From a virus (taxonomy: Duplodnaviria > Caudoviricetes), in IMG/VR virus record IMGVR_UViG_3300037067_007633, positions 1 to 64,000 of that record: 64,000 nucleotides of DNA. The stretch is one strand, 5' to 3'. The notes beneath the pieces were generated by a model, which was not told the origin of the DNA, searched no databases, and saw only the letters and a program-made list of their open reading frames with translations. Within the stretch, counting starts at the first letter, position 1. Every line of letters starts with the position of its first letter. Below, piece by piece: positions 19,825 through 29,460 of the stretch. A program made the translations under genes and the position numbers.

Positions 19825-20287
19825 GATTCTTTAATACTTCCTCAATTTTTTTTAACAAATTTTCATAATCACTAAGCAAACTTTCCCATCTATATAATTC
19901 ATTTTTTAGTTCGTCGTAATTTAAACCTTGTAATAATACTGGCAGGGATCTAATTTCCCTATCAGTTAATTTTCTTTCATTAATTATTCGCAGTGTTTCA
20001 CAATCACATTTAGTTTTATAATATTGTTTTTCTAAACTAAATCTTATTAACAATAAATCTGATTCGGAATTTATTTTAAATATTAAACTATCAAGATAGC
20101 GTGTTAAATTAATTTGAAAACCAAATAATGAAGTTGATCTAATCCATAATACACTATTTAGTAATACTTTTCCACCATCTATTTGTTTAGCAATTCCAGC
20201 ATACACACTAGAATTTTCGTCTGAATAATAATATGTGTGTCCAATAATAATATGGCAATCGTCATATGTTTTACAAATATTATTCAT
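19814..20287 (-). CDS. hypothetical protein
   Basis: ORF track. Confidence 0.6.
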   Translation of the reverse strand: MNNICKTYDDCHIIIGHTYYYSDENSSVYAGIAKQIDGGKVLLNSVLWIRSTSLFGFQINLTRYLDSLIFKINSESDLLLIRFSLEKQYYKTKCDCETLRIINERKLTDREIRSLPVLLQGLNYDELKNELYRWESLLSDYENLLKKIEEVLKNHAI

Positions 20288-20291
20288 AATT

Positions 20292-20681
20292 TTACTTTAC
20301 CTTATAAATAAAAACACAATCAAATCCAACTGTTTTCATTAAATTATTATCAAAAACAGCCTGTGAACTAAATAATATATAGTTATTAGATTCTCTTTCT
20401 TTTATCTTGTTTTGTATCTCATCAAGAGGTATATATTCCATAAAACAACGAGTATCATTTGTTTCTTCAACAACAACAATTTGCATAGTTTGTATATAAC
20501 CATAGTTATTAACAACTTTAAATATATTATGATCTTCAAGTTCACTAATAGTTGGGCAATATCTTTGTTTAATATAATAGTTCAAACATTTATCAATTAA
20601 GAATATATACGCCCTAGCAAAATCATTAAATATATAAGTATTATCTGAATATCCATTAAATATTACTTTAAATTTTTTCAT
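20292..20681 (-). CDS. hypothetical protein, paralog of 19456-19824
   Basis: shared N- and C-terminal motifs. Confidence 0.7.
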   Translation of the reverse strand: MKKFKVIFNGYSDNTYIFNDFARAYIFLIDKCLNYYIKQRYCPTISELEDHNIFKVVNNYGYIQTMQIVVVEETNDTRCFMEYIPLDEIQNKIKERESNNYILFSSQAVFDNNLMKTVGFDCVFIYKVK

Positions 20682-20700
20682 ATTATTTTCCTATTTAAAA

Positions 20701-20846
20701 AGGCGATAAAGGGCTCGAACCAATATCTTATTATAACGCTTATATCTTGTTAACATTTCGGTGCTAGCTAAGGTCACCGTTGTGTTAGTAGCTACTAACA
20801 AAATACAGATTTTATAATAGGTTTTAACCAGTTAAACTAATCGCCC
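20701..20846 (-). ncRNA. tRNA-like RNA with a large structured insert in the anticodon arm
   Basis: acceptor GGGCGAT/ATCGCCT, D arm TAGTTTAACTGGTTAAAAC, GGTTCGAGCCC T loop; 146 nt total. Confidence 0.6.
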
Positions 20847-20854
20847 AATTACAT

Positions 20855-21121
20855 TTATTCCTTAAAATACTTATATGCTCGCCTAATTACCATACTAAAA
20901 GTATATCCAAATTCACTTCTATGCTTCTTTGGAATAAAACTAGCTTCATTATTACTTGCCCTACTAACAGCTAGATCAATACCAATTGTCTTATTCCATC
21001 TATCACCCTTACTATTCGTCGTAGACGAATGACAAAAAGACCAACCAAATTGATTGCGTCCAATTGCTACAATAACACCTACAGGATTACGATGTTCATC
21101 ACGAATATATTGTTTAATCAT
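20855..21121 (-). CDS. conserved-looking phage protein
   Basis: GWSFCH..DRWNKTIGIDLA..RA. Confidence 0.7.
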   Translation of the reverse strand: MIKQYIRDEHRNPVGVIVAIGRNQFGWSFCHSSTTNSKGDRWNKTIGIDLAVSRASNNEASFIPKKHRSEFGYTFSMVIRRAYKYFKE

Positions 21122-21468
21122 TCTTCGTTTTCCTTTCTATTCCAATTCATGGGAACCATTATTGACATTATAATTAGAGCTAATACATTAAATACATCTA
21201 CCCGATCTTTACATTTATCAATTATTGTACTTGATAATGTAATAACAAAAACCAACAAATTAAAAATAAACCATCTATTCATAATTTTCTCCTAGATTTT
21301 TTATAACCCAAAAACTATAATACAAATTTAATAAACAACAAAGTGTTGCAACTAAATGAAAATTACTAATCCACATTCCATATACCGAAAGTAAATTTCC
21401 TATTAATAGTAAAAAATAAAATAACATCTTCATTATCTATTCCTCCACCAATAACATACATTTACCAT

Positions 21469-21828
21469 TTATTCAATCCTTGTGATAGATCGTGCCACTA
21501 TAACATTAGCACTAAGCGTTTTATTATCCAATTCAAATTCTTGCGTTCCAACACAAACAATCTTTTTACACTTTACTTTAATAACTATTTCCCCTCTTGC
21601 TGGTATACAATATAAATCAGCATCTTCTTTACTTACAAAAACATAAAAACCTGTTTCGTATGAATGTTCATAATTATAATAAATTAATCCATCGGTACTT
21701 TTTGACCATCTTTTACTTAATTTATATTGACCATAAACACTACATCTATTATCTTTTCTTACAACTTTATATCCAAATCCACGATTTTTAAAACCAATAG
21801 GTTTCTCTTTTAAACTATGTAAACACAT
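21469..21828 (-). CDS. MCL-family paralog (group A)
   Basis: MCL, GFGYKV, YETGFYVF, VCVGTQ, VIVA. Confidence 0.75.
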   Translation of the reverse strand: MCLHSLKEKPIGFKNRGFGYKVVRKDNRCSVYGQYKLSKRWSKSTDGLIYYNYEHSYETGFYVFVSKEDADLYCIPARGEIVIKVKCKKIVCVGTQEFELDNKTLSANVIVARSITRIE

Positions 21829-22015
21829 TTTTTAATCCTTCCGTAAAACATGTTTGCATAAAATTTTTAATAGTTGGGTTATTATCTTCTGAAAAACGCT
21901 GTGTAACAGTAGAACAGATTGTATAAAAAATTTCAGTTAATTCATAGCTTTGGCGACCATTTGAAATTAATTCGTTAGTTAATTTTTTCAAGATTTGTAT
22001 TTGTTGTTTGTTCAT
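21815..22015 (-). CDS. hypothetical protein
   Basis: ORF track. Confidence 0.55.
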   Translation of the reverse strand: MNKQQIQILKKLTNELISNGRQSYELTEIFYTICSTVTQRFSEDNNPTIKNFMQTCFTEGLKNVFT

Positions 22016-22172
22016 TGCTTCGCAATCCTTTTAATCCAGCACAAACTAATGCTAAAGCCTCTTTTTTGTTAAATCCTTTATGTTGAAACTCATCAAAATA
22101 AATTTTGGAAATGTTGGCAAGCGATTTTGCACGAACAACAATATCTTTAACATCATTAATTAAACTATATAT

Positions 22173-22300
22173 TTAATTATTCCTAATTCTTTCATGCTCT
22201 TCTCTATGACAATTAGCACATAAAATGACACACTTGTCTAATTCTTTTTTAATTTTATCTAATGATCTTCTAGTACCACTAATTCTAATTTGATAGCAAC
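22173..22300 (-). pseudogene. HNH endonuclease C-terminal remnant
   Basis: IKKELDKCVILCANCHREEH; the upstream part of the tracked ORF overlaps tRNA-Lys; 5' boundary approximate. Confidence 0.6.
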
Positions 22301-22342
22301 TTAATAAGAACAGATAAAACATTAGAAAATCTATAACATCAG

Positions 22343-22415
22343 TAGGGGAGGTGAGATTTGCACTCACGGTCTTTTGCTTAAAAGGCAAATACATTGACTA
22401 CTATGTTACTCCCCC
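22343..22415 (-). tRNA. tRNA-Lys(UUU)
   Basis: GGGGGAG/CTCCCCT acceptor; anticodon arm TTTGC-CTTTTAA-GCAAA; T arm GTGAG-TGCAAAT-CTCAC; no encoded CCA. Confidence 0.85.
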
Positions 22416-22422
22416 ATTTTAC

Positions 22423-22848
22423 CTAATAGAACATTTCACTAAATTGATCAGTAAATACTTTGTTGTGTAATAACGACTTTAACATTACTTGGTCTTGTTC
22501 AGTAAGAGCATCATAAAATAAGTTTATGTGTTGTTTTAATTTATCAAACATTTTATCAGAAACAATATTTCTTATTGACCAAACTATACTGCTACTATCT
22601 CCCCATGGATTATCATGTAACAAAGATATCGTTTCTGATAATGTTAATCTGTTTTTAATTAAATCCCAACAATACTGATTTCTGGATATAAAATCTGATT
22701 GTGTAAAACTTCTTATTTTATCAATTGGCTTCATAGCATAATTAATTTCTACAATCTTAAAACCAATACCAATAGGTAAGAATTTAGGATCATGAATAAC
22801 TTGAGTTTTACCGTCAGAGAGTTGAATTAAAATTGGAAAATAGGACAT
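22423..22848 (-). CDS. hypothetical protein
   Basis: ORF track; downstream of the promoter at 22895. Confidence 0.65.
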   Translation of the reverse strand: MSYFPILIQLSDGKTQVIHDPKFLPIGIGFKIVEINYAMKPIDKIRSFTQSDFISRNQYCWDLIKNRLTLSETISLLHDNPWGDSSSIVWSIRNIVSDKMFDKLKQHINLFYDALTEQDQVMLKSLLHNKVFTDQFSEMFY

Positions 22849-22894
22849 TTTGAATATTCCTTGTCTTTTTTGTGTCGTTGCTTCTCACTCTTTT

Positions 22895-22922
22895 ATTATC
22901 GGCTATTTTTTAGAAAAGTCAA
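22895..22922 (-). promoter_or_regulatory. sigma70-type promoter
   Basis: TTGACT-16nt-GATAAT. Confidence 0.7.
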
Positions 22923-23322
22923 GTTCAATTTTCCTAACATCTAAACGATATCCACTAAAAGCAAAACCTAACTTTGCACTAACAATATTTCCTGTAAGTG
23001 GTCCTTTATATGGAATTCCACAATAAATAACACTACCATTCATCCCATACAGCATTGGTCTACCCATAACAATTGTAATACCGCTATCAACACATTCTTC
23101 AAATATTAAACGTGATTTTTCATTTAAAACAATGGAAATTTGATATTTCCCACCTGGACTAATAGTAACATTTTTGTATATATTATTACCACTTTTAACT
23201 AATTAGTATGTGGTTCCATTAGCTTCTTCCCAACCGCTTACAAGTTTTACTGAATATTGAGCGTTTGTAACTATAGGATAAAAGAAAATAAATAGGAATG
23301 GAAAAATAGTCTTAGTGTTCAT
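22903..23322 (-). pseudogene. signal-peptide protein interrupted by an in-frame TAA
   Basis: MNTKTIFPFLFIFFYPIVTNA...GTTY-TAA(23203-23205)-LVKSGNNIYK... same frame open to TAG at 22903. Confidence 0.65.
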
Positions 23323-23390
23323 TTTCTTTTTTCTAAAAACTTTAGTAGCTTGTTTGTCATAATATAAACACATTGTAATACCTCCTAAAT

Positions 23391-23999
23391 TTATATATCT
23401 ATCCAACTTAATGTATTAATACATCTAAACAATGTATTTTTATAAACAATTTCCTTATTAATGTGGTGGTGTCCAAAGTACCATATTTTTGGCTGATGAT
23501 AGTGGAACAAATATTGTAATAAACTCTCGGTATAATTATTTTGTTTTTGTATATTAAAAGTATATAATTGCTCCGCAATTGAAAGCGGGCAATCATGACT
23601 ACAAACAATCTCTGGTTTTACTTGTAAATATAAAGATATTAATTCTTTAGCTTGTAAATGGTTTAATTCTTCTTCTCTAAACCAATCAACACCTTCTGTC
23701 CTCCAACGCTTATCTATACTGTGACCACCACGAATATAAAAGAAAACAAAGTTTCCTATATTAGATATACCAAAATTACCTAAAAAGTGTGGAAATTGAT
23801 CTGCTGTTTGATAATTGTCGTGATTACCAAGAAGAATTTTATGTTTTGATGAATCTACGTGTTGCAATACGTCATAATTAAATCCAAAATCACCTAATTG
23901 TAAAGAGTAATCTGTGTCTTTAATTATTTCTAAATATCTATAATATTGACAGTGAACATCGCCCACAATTCTTAATTTGGAATGATTGGTTTTATTCAT
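23391..23999 (-). CDS. calcineurin-like metallophosphoesterase
   Basis: GDVH, LGDFG, GNHD, SHDCP, FGHHH; start placed at ATG 23999. Confidence 0.9.
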   Translation of the reverse strand: MNKTNHSKLRIVGDVHCQYYRYLEIIKDTDYSLQLGDFGFNYDVLQHVDSSKHKILLGNHDNYQTADQFPHFLGNFGISNIGNFVFFYIRGGHSIDKRWRTEGVDWFREEELNHLQAKELISLYLQVKPEIVCSHDCPLSIAEQLYTFNIQKQNNYTESLLQYLFHYHQPKIWYFGHHHINKEIVYKNTLFRCINTLSWIDI

Positions 24000-24000
24000 A

Positions 24001-24525
24001 TTAAAGAATTTCATAAATTGCACAGAAACATAAATGTTTCCAGATATCTTCGATATCAATTTTGTATTTATCTTCACTTAAAAATAACGATGGGGTATTT
24101 TCTTTAATAATTGGAACAACCTTTTTCTTTAATTCAATCCAAAGTGTATTACCATGATAATCACGATTTTCATCCTTAAAAAACTTAATCTTTAAAGCTT
24201 CTTCAAAAGTAAGAGATTTCCTTATTTCTTGTACTATATATTTTACATAGTCAACAAAAATGTCATTATTAATAAAAGGTTGAAAAAAGAATTGGTTAAG
24301 TTTAAACTCTTCTATCATATCTTTGCGAACACAACATACATCAAAATTAAAAACTGGAATATCTCCACCTTCCCAAATATATTCGGCTAGTGGTAGTCCG
24401 TGTAAGCTTACTTTCCCATCTCCTACCTGTACTTCTTCGGCAATTTGTAAACCACAATACATATTAATAGCATGAAGAATCCTACCAACACTTTTTCCAT
24501 TATATTGCGAATACCAACTACTCAT
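24001..24525 (-). CDS. hypothetical protein
   Basis: ORF track. Confidence 0.65.
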   Translation of the reverse strand: MSSWYSQYNGKSVGRILHAINMYCGLQIAEEVQVGDGKVSLHGLPLAEYIWEGGDIPVFNFDVCCVRKDMIEEFKLNQFFFQPFINNDIFVDYVKYIVQEIRKSLTFEEALKIKFFKDENRDYHGNTLWIELKKKVVPIIKENTPSLFLSEDKYKIDIEDIWKHLCFCAIYEIL

Positions 24526-24530
24526 TATTT

Positions 24531-24731
24531 TTATTCCTTATCTTCTACATATTTGAATACTTGAATATTATCATTAATCACACCCATAATAATCTTTTTC
24601 TTTTTCTTTGTTTGTTGTTGTGGTTGTGGTTGTTCAAACTTTGGAGTTGGTTTTGGCATAGGTTGTAATTCCTTTACTACTTGCTCATTACAACCAGAAA
24701 TTAATAGGAAGAAAACTAATAGATATTTCAT
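24531..24731 (-). CDS. small lipoprotein
   Basis: MKYLLVFFLLISGC lipobox. Confidence 0.65.
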   Translation of the reverse strand: MKYLLVFFLLISGCNEQVVKELQPMPKPTPKFEQPQPQQQTKKKKKIIMGVINDNIQVFKYVEDKE

Positions 24732-24779
24732 TTGAAAATTATACCTTTCTTAAAAAGACCGAAAATAGCCTACTTCTAA

Positions 24780-24807
24780 ATTATATACTATTTTCCCAAA
24801 AAGTCAA
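24780..24807 (-). promoter_or_regulatory. sigma70-type promoter
   Basis: TTGACT-16nt-TATAAT. Confidence 0.75.
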
Positions 24808-25211
24808 TAAGAATTTTTAACTTTATCATATTCTTCTTTAGGAAGAAAAACTTTCATAAATGCAGCAAAAGTGTTATATATATCAATCGCAACTAAATCA
24901 TCAATATCACAAATAACTTCAACTAAAATATCTTCAGGATATAGTATTTTATGATGTTGTATAAGTAAACTATTATTATTTAAATATACATGAATTCCCC
25001 TATTAATTTCTTGATAATTTTCATTTATATCTTCCGTGATAGACAATCTATTACTTTCATTCATTCCTATTTTCCATTCATAGAAACCAAAATATGGACT
25101 AGTAACATCACCGTTACGATAAGTTAAAAATTTATAACATTTAATAGAATGATTAGTTAAATTATTTAATCTAAAATCAACGGTATTTTCACAAGATTTA
25201 TATAAACACAT
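24804..25211 (-). CDS. MCL-family paralog (group B)
   Basis: MCLYK at ATG 25211; CYKFL, GIHVYL, C.IDDLV, FMKVFLP. Confidence 0.8.
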   Translation of the reverse strand: MCLYKSCENTVDFRLNNLTNHSIKCYKFLTYRNGDVTSPYFGFYEWKIGMNESNRLSITEDINENYQEINRGIHVYLNNNSLLIQHHKILYPEDILVEVICDIDDLVAIDIYNTFAAFMKVFLPKEEYDKVKNSY

Positions 25212-25224
25212 TATATAAACTCCT

Positions 25225-25854
25225 TTATTTACTTTTTGGTTTACGAAAACTATATTTGTCAAAACCCTTTGATTCTAATAAAATTTTATCTGGAATTTTT
25301 GGAAGTGGTTTTTCAGAAAAAGCTATATTTCCTAAATACATAGATAATTCTTGGTATGCTAAATAAGTATTAAATATTTTATCAAAATGATATTGTTGCA
25401 ATTCTTCATTAAAAACAAATACTATTTTATCCCAATATCTAATATGTGCTACAAAAATTGGAGACTTGTTTTCAATAAATATATGTGAAAACTTTGTTTT
25501 TTGTTCGTTAACTTTATTAAAAAAATTAATCAATGTATTTGGAACATTGTATTTGCTAGGATGTTGTTCTACATATTTTTGAATATCATTTATATTGTAA
25601 CAACAAATGTACTTTATTTCTCCATCTTTTCTAATATTTCTAATAATTAATAAAGGATATATATTACCACAAAATCCAATAATATATTGAGTTGCACTAA
25701 TTGGATAATATCTAGCACTTTTCTCAAACGGTAATACAAAATTATTAAAAACCAATTCTTTACTAAATTTTTTACGCAAATAAATCAAAGATCTATCTTC
25801 GTCTATCCTTTGAATGCAGTCGTAATAATCTTTAAAATCCGATATAATTCTCAT
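25225..25854 (-). CDS. conserved-looking phage protein
   Basis: MRIISDFKDYYD...AYQELSMYLG...KGFDKYSFR. Confidence 0.75.
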   Translation of the reverse strand: MRIISDFKDYYDCIQRIDEDRSLIYLRKKFSKELVFNNFVLPFEKSARYYPISATQYIIGFCGNIYPLLIIRNIRKDGEIKYICCYNINDIQKYVEQHPSKYNVPNTLINFFNKVNEQKTKFSHIFIENKSPIFVAHIRYWDKIVFVFNEELQQYHFDKIFNTYLAYQELSMYLGNIAFSEKPLPKIPDKILLESKGFDKYSFRKPKSK

Positions 25855-26141
25855 GATAATTTTCCAAGTATAATACGTTTTTCAAATATATGTTGAATAA
25901 AACTTCTTTTACAACCACGATATCTTCCTTTATACCAAAAAGGGTATAATTTTCCAGCACGTTTATTTTTCAAAACACCAAAAGCTAATAAATATCCTTT
26001 TTTTGTAATACACGCTACATGAGGAATTAACTTAAAACTACCAGAAAGAAATATAACTTTTTTACAACGTCTACTTAATAATAAATATATCATTCCAAAC
26101 CAACAATTACCATATATAGGTTTAGAATATTCTTTATTCAC
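25851..26141 (-). CDS. hypothetical protein
   Basis: ORF track. Confidence 0.6.
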   Translation of the reverse strand: MNKEYSKPIYGNCWFGMIYLLLSRRCKKVIFLSGSFKLIPHVACITKKGYLLAFGVLKNKRAGKLYPFWYKGRYRGCKRSFIQHIFEKRIILGKLS

Positions 26142-26644
26142 GGTAGTTCTTTCCCAATATTACATAACAACCTTTTTTGACCAAACTGATGGTCAATTTC
26201 ATGTTGAAACACATAAAGATATATACTGTCTATATCTGATATATTATAGTTTACATTAACCAATTCTAATTTTCTGTTTCTATTTACTATTAAAGATTGA
26301 CCTAATATAGAAATATCTGTATATCTATTGACTGCAAAGTTTTTTCCAGGAAATGACAAACAACCTTCAGTAGAACATAGTGTTGGACAATCTGGTTTTG
26401 CGTAATAATCACAATTTATATAATTTCCAAAAAATTCACTATCAGTATTAATACCATATCTAACTATAAAAAATTTCCACGGCATACCTAATTGAATCGC
26501 AGACAATCCAACCCCACCATTATCCTTACATATTTTTACCATTTTATTAAATAGGTCGTGTATTTCATCCAAATCATCTAATGGAGTATCAATAATATCT
26601 TCTTCTTTTGGAATTTCAGAAATTGGAATAATAGATAGTGTCAT
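26138..26644 (-). CDS. def: peptide deformylase
   Basis: GVGLSAIQLG, EGCLS and QHEIDH motifs. Confidence 0.92.
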   Translation of the reverse strand: MTLSIIPISEIPKEEDIIDTPLDDLDEIHDLFNKMVKICKDNGGVGLSAIQLGMPWKFFIVRYGINTDSEFFGNYINCDYYAKPDCPTLCSTEGCLSFPGKNFAVNRYTDISILGQSLIVNRNRKLELVNVNYNISDIDSIYLYVFQHEIDHQFGQKRLLCNIGKELP

Positions 26645-26647
26645 TAT

Positions 26648-26857
26648 TTACACATTTACCTTTAATGGTTCGTTACTTAAATCTAATACATAATTATTAC
26701 CAAACACAGGTCTTAAATCAATCATATTTTTTAATTCTTCTATTGTATTTGCACACATTCTAACTCCAAATCTAAATGCTGCCACTTTTGTTGAGCCACA
26801 CCAAACGGTATAACCTAATTCCCAACCTTTATATTTTTTTAACATTATTTGTACCAA
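26648..26857 (-). CDS. hypothetical protein
   Basis: ORF track. Confidence 0.55.
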   Translation of the reverse strand: MVQIMLKKYKGWELGYTVWCGSTKVAAFRFGVRMCANTIEELKNMIDLRPVFGNNYVLDLSNEPLKVNV

Positions 26858-27156
26858 AATTGAAAACTATCATCTTTATAATCGTCAGAACAATAAAATT
26901 CACAATAATACTCTTTTACATTGTAGAGTTTAATTGCTTCCCGAATTGCCGTTTTATAAGATTGTCTTTTTTGAGATAAATGTATATCTCTAGACTCTTT
27001 CTTAAATTTATGAATTATGGGATAATAATCGAGTTGGCGACCAAAAGATAGCTGTTCAAATTCACTATCTTTAATCATTCCCTTAATTTTAAATTTCTTA
27101 ATTTTTTTAGTTATCATTATAATAATCCTAAGTATATATATTTCCAATTTTACCAA
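26845..27156 (-). CDS. hypothetical protein (true start probably internal)
   Basis: ORF track. Confidence 0.55.
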   Translation of the reverse strand: MVKLEIYILRIIIMITKKIKKFKIKGMIKDSEFEQLSFGRQLDYYPIIHKFKKESRDIHLSQKRQSYKTAIREAIKLYNVKEYYCEFYCSDDYKDDSFQFWYK

Positions 27157-27622
27157 AACGGTTTTTCACATATTTATTACGAATACGTTCTATTTCTGAT
27201 TGTGGTAATGATACTTTAGTAAATACCGCTTCCGTTTGTTCTTCATTAACTCCAACTAAATCTTCCATCTTACAATTTAATCTTACATTAATAACGGTGT
27301 GATGTCGATATCCCTTTCTAGAAAAAGTTTCGCCTACCGTGGCTGAAAAATCATATTTAAATGCATCAGTTAAATATACGTGTATACCTTTACTTATAAA
27401 TCTAGGACTATTATCAAATATAATATCATCACTTTTATTGTGTTTTACAAAAAGTCTATTACTTTTATTTTTACCAGCAATCCAAACTTTTTCTAAAAAA
27501 TAAAAGCTGTTAATAACACCTTCAGCACTTAAAGTTAATATTTTGTTTACTCTAATTCGTTTGCAATGAGAATGAGATAACTTAAATTTTCTAGTTGCTT
27601 CCTCAGAATATTTTAGACACAT
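27128..27622 (-). CDS. MCL-family paralog (group B)
   Basis: MCLKYS at 27622; GIHVYL, CKMEDLVG, AVFTKVSLP. Confidence 0.8.
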   Translation of the reverse strand: MCLKYSEEATRKFKLSHSHCKRIRVNKILTLSAEGVINSFYFLEKVWIAGKNKSNRLFVKHNKSDDIIFDNSPRFISKGIHVYLTDAFKYDFSATVGETFSRKGYRHHTVINVRLNCKMEDLVGVNEEQTEAVFTKVSLPQSEIERIRNKYVKNRFGKIGNIYT

Positions 27623-28037
27623 TTTTAACCCTTTCGATTTCACTTTTAGGTAAAGAAACTTTCATGAAAACCGCTGTGTCATCTTCCCCAACACAAACTA
27701 AATCTTCAATTTTACAATTAACTCTTACGACAACACGAGCATCGTCAATAACATTAAAGCTTGACGGTTTTAAATATACATGAATTCCATGATAAATATT
27801 TGCACCAACTATATTATCATTTGAATCTCTAATTGTAATTACATCATCTATATTACTAATTTCACTAAACTCCCTATCACTAAAATTTTTCCCATCCTGC
27901 CATTTATGATGATTAAAATAACAACTAGATAGTGTGCCGCTAATATTGTTAAATAGCAGTATTTTGTATGCTCTAATACGCTTGCGTTTAATATTCTTTA
28001 ACTCCTTAGTCTTTTCAACAGAATATTTACAGCACAT
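27603..28037 (-). CDS. MCL-family paralog (group B), tandem duplicate of 27128
   Basis: MCCKYS; AYKILL, GIHVYL, CKIEDLV, AVFMKVSLPKSEIER. Confidence 0.8.
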   Translation of the reverse strand: MCCKYSVEKTKELKNIKRKRIRAYKILLFNNISGTLSSCYFNHHKWQDGKNFSDREFSEISNIDDVITIRDSNDNIVGANIYHGIHVYLKPSSFNVIDDARVVVRVNCKIEDLVCVGEDDTAVFMKVSLPKSEIERVKNVSKIF

Positions 28038-28039
28038 TT

Positions 28040-28411
28040 TCAAAACCCTCCGATTTTTTCTAGTTTATCAATTCTCTTATTCATCCTTATTAGTTTAAAC
28101 TTATCAGACTCAATATAATCTATTATTTTTTGAAAACCCCTTTTGTCAAAAACACACTTTTGAGTTTTAGGATTACAGAATGTGGTATCGAAGTTTGCTT
28201 CATAACCAATAGGATTAGCTATTTTTATATCTAAAATTTGAAAATATTCTTCGTCTGATAAACCTAAAACTTTCTTTAGATTTGTTGAAGTATAATATGG
28301 ATTTTCTTCCCAGCTATTTTGATTATATGATAAATAGATAGGAATACCAACTATTAAAATAAACATAATTATAATCATATAATAAAACAACACACAAATT
28401 TTTTCAACCAT
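28040..28411 (-). CDS. membrane-anchored hypothetical protein
   Basis: N-terminal TM helix. Confidence 0.65.
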   Translation of the reverse strand: MVEKICVLFYYMIIIMFILIVGIPIYLSYNQNSWEENPYYTSTNLKKVLGLSDEEYFQILDIKIANPIGYEANFDTTFCNPKTQKCVFDKRGFQKIIDYIESDKFKLIRMNKRIDKLEKIGGF

Positions 28412-28691
28412 TTGTTTTTAACCTTTCAATTATAATAACCAATAACCTTTTTCGTCCAAATTGGCATCAATAGCTGATTTCCAACATTCCCACAATTTTT
28501 CCCATTCGTTTGGATGTTCCATATTAATTCCTTTATTTTCACAAAAAATACAAAACTCATCCCAACAATAGTAAATACGTTCTTTTTCCATTATTTATTC
28601 CACACTAAAGCAAACATACTTTGCAATCCAAGTACTTTGGCTGCAACAAGCCTATGATTTCCATCTTTAATTTCCACCGGAATATCATTTT

Positions 28692-28898
28692 TCAACTAAC
28701 TATTTCCCAAATGCCTTCCCACCCATCACCGTCTAATTGATAATCATCAAAAACTAATCCATACCACTCACGGGTAAATTTTCCAGCATAATAATTTCCA
28801 TCTACTTTTACTAAATAAAACTTTTCTAATTGTATATCTGGATGTTCACAATTATAAATACGATTAAGTGGAATTTGTTTTAATTTGGGAATTTTCAT
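28692..28898 (-). CDS. hypothetical protein
   Basis: ORF track. Confidence 0.6.
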   Translation of the reverse strand: MKIPKLKQIPLNRIYNCEHPDIQLEKFYLVKVDGNYYAGKFTREWYGLVFDDYQLDGDGWEGIWEIVS

Positions 28899-29038
28899 TA
28901 TTTTAGTGCCTTATAATATTCGGGTTCTGGTAAAAACACTTTCATAAAAACAAGCTCTGAACAATCTTTGTTCGCTCCAACAAAATCGTTCATATCACAA
29001 ATAACTTTAACTAATCTATTTGAAGTTGCTAAATTCAT
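28898..29038 (-). pseudogene. C-terminal fragment of an MCL group B gene
   Basis: MNLATSNRLVKVICDMNDFVGANKDCSELVFMKVFLPEPEYYKALK matches the tail of 24804. Confidence 0.7.
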
Positions 29039-29460
29039 TTCAATATTTCTGCTAAATGAGGCGGACAATCAAACCAACGGTCGCTATTTTCATATCTAAG
29101 TTTTACTCTTCCTTCTTCCGACCATTCCATCACTGTAACTTCTATTGGTTTCGATAGATGATCTTCACAATATTCTAATGATGAAACCCAAAACTTTATT
29201 AGTACCCGTGTACCAACAGGGCAAGTTTCTTCGTTGAAAAGTTTGGATTTTTCATGCGTAATATTCATATAATTTCCACCTTCCTTATTTATTAAACTTA
29301 TACGGTTACCATCTTTATCATAATATATTACATCAACAGAAATAGGTTTTCCATAATGTTGAATAAGAGATTCTGTGTTAGTTAAATATTCTTTCCAATA
29401 GTTTAAACTAGTATGTAATCGTATACCATTTTCAAATACAAAAACAATATCATATTCCAT
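29035..29460 (-). CDS. hypothetical protein (possibly two fused ORFs)
   Basis: ORF track; internal GAAGGTGG before MNITHEK. Confidence 0.55.
   Translation of the reverse strand: MEYDIVFVFENGIRLHTSLNYWKEYLTNTESLIQHYGKPISVDVIYYDKDGNRISLINKEGGNYMNITHEKSKLFNEETCPVGTRVLIKFWVSSLEYCEDHLSKPIEVTVMEWSEEGRVKLRYENSDRWFDCPPHLAEILK

Noticed and set aside
20701-20846. tmRNA or group I intron-containing tRNA
   Set aside because: Has a D stem, lacks G3-U70, and the insert is far too short
23203-23205. Alternative genetic code (stop recoding)
   Set aside because: Genes are densely packed under code 11, TAG and TGA end normal genes, and the one in-frame stop found is TAA
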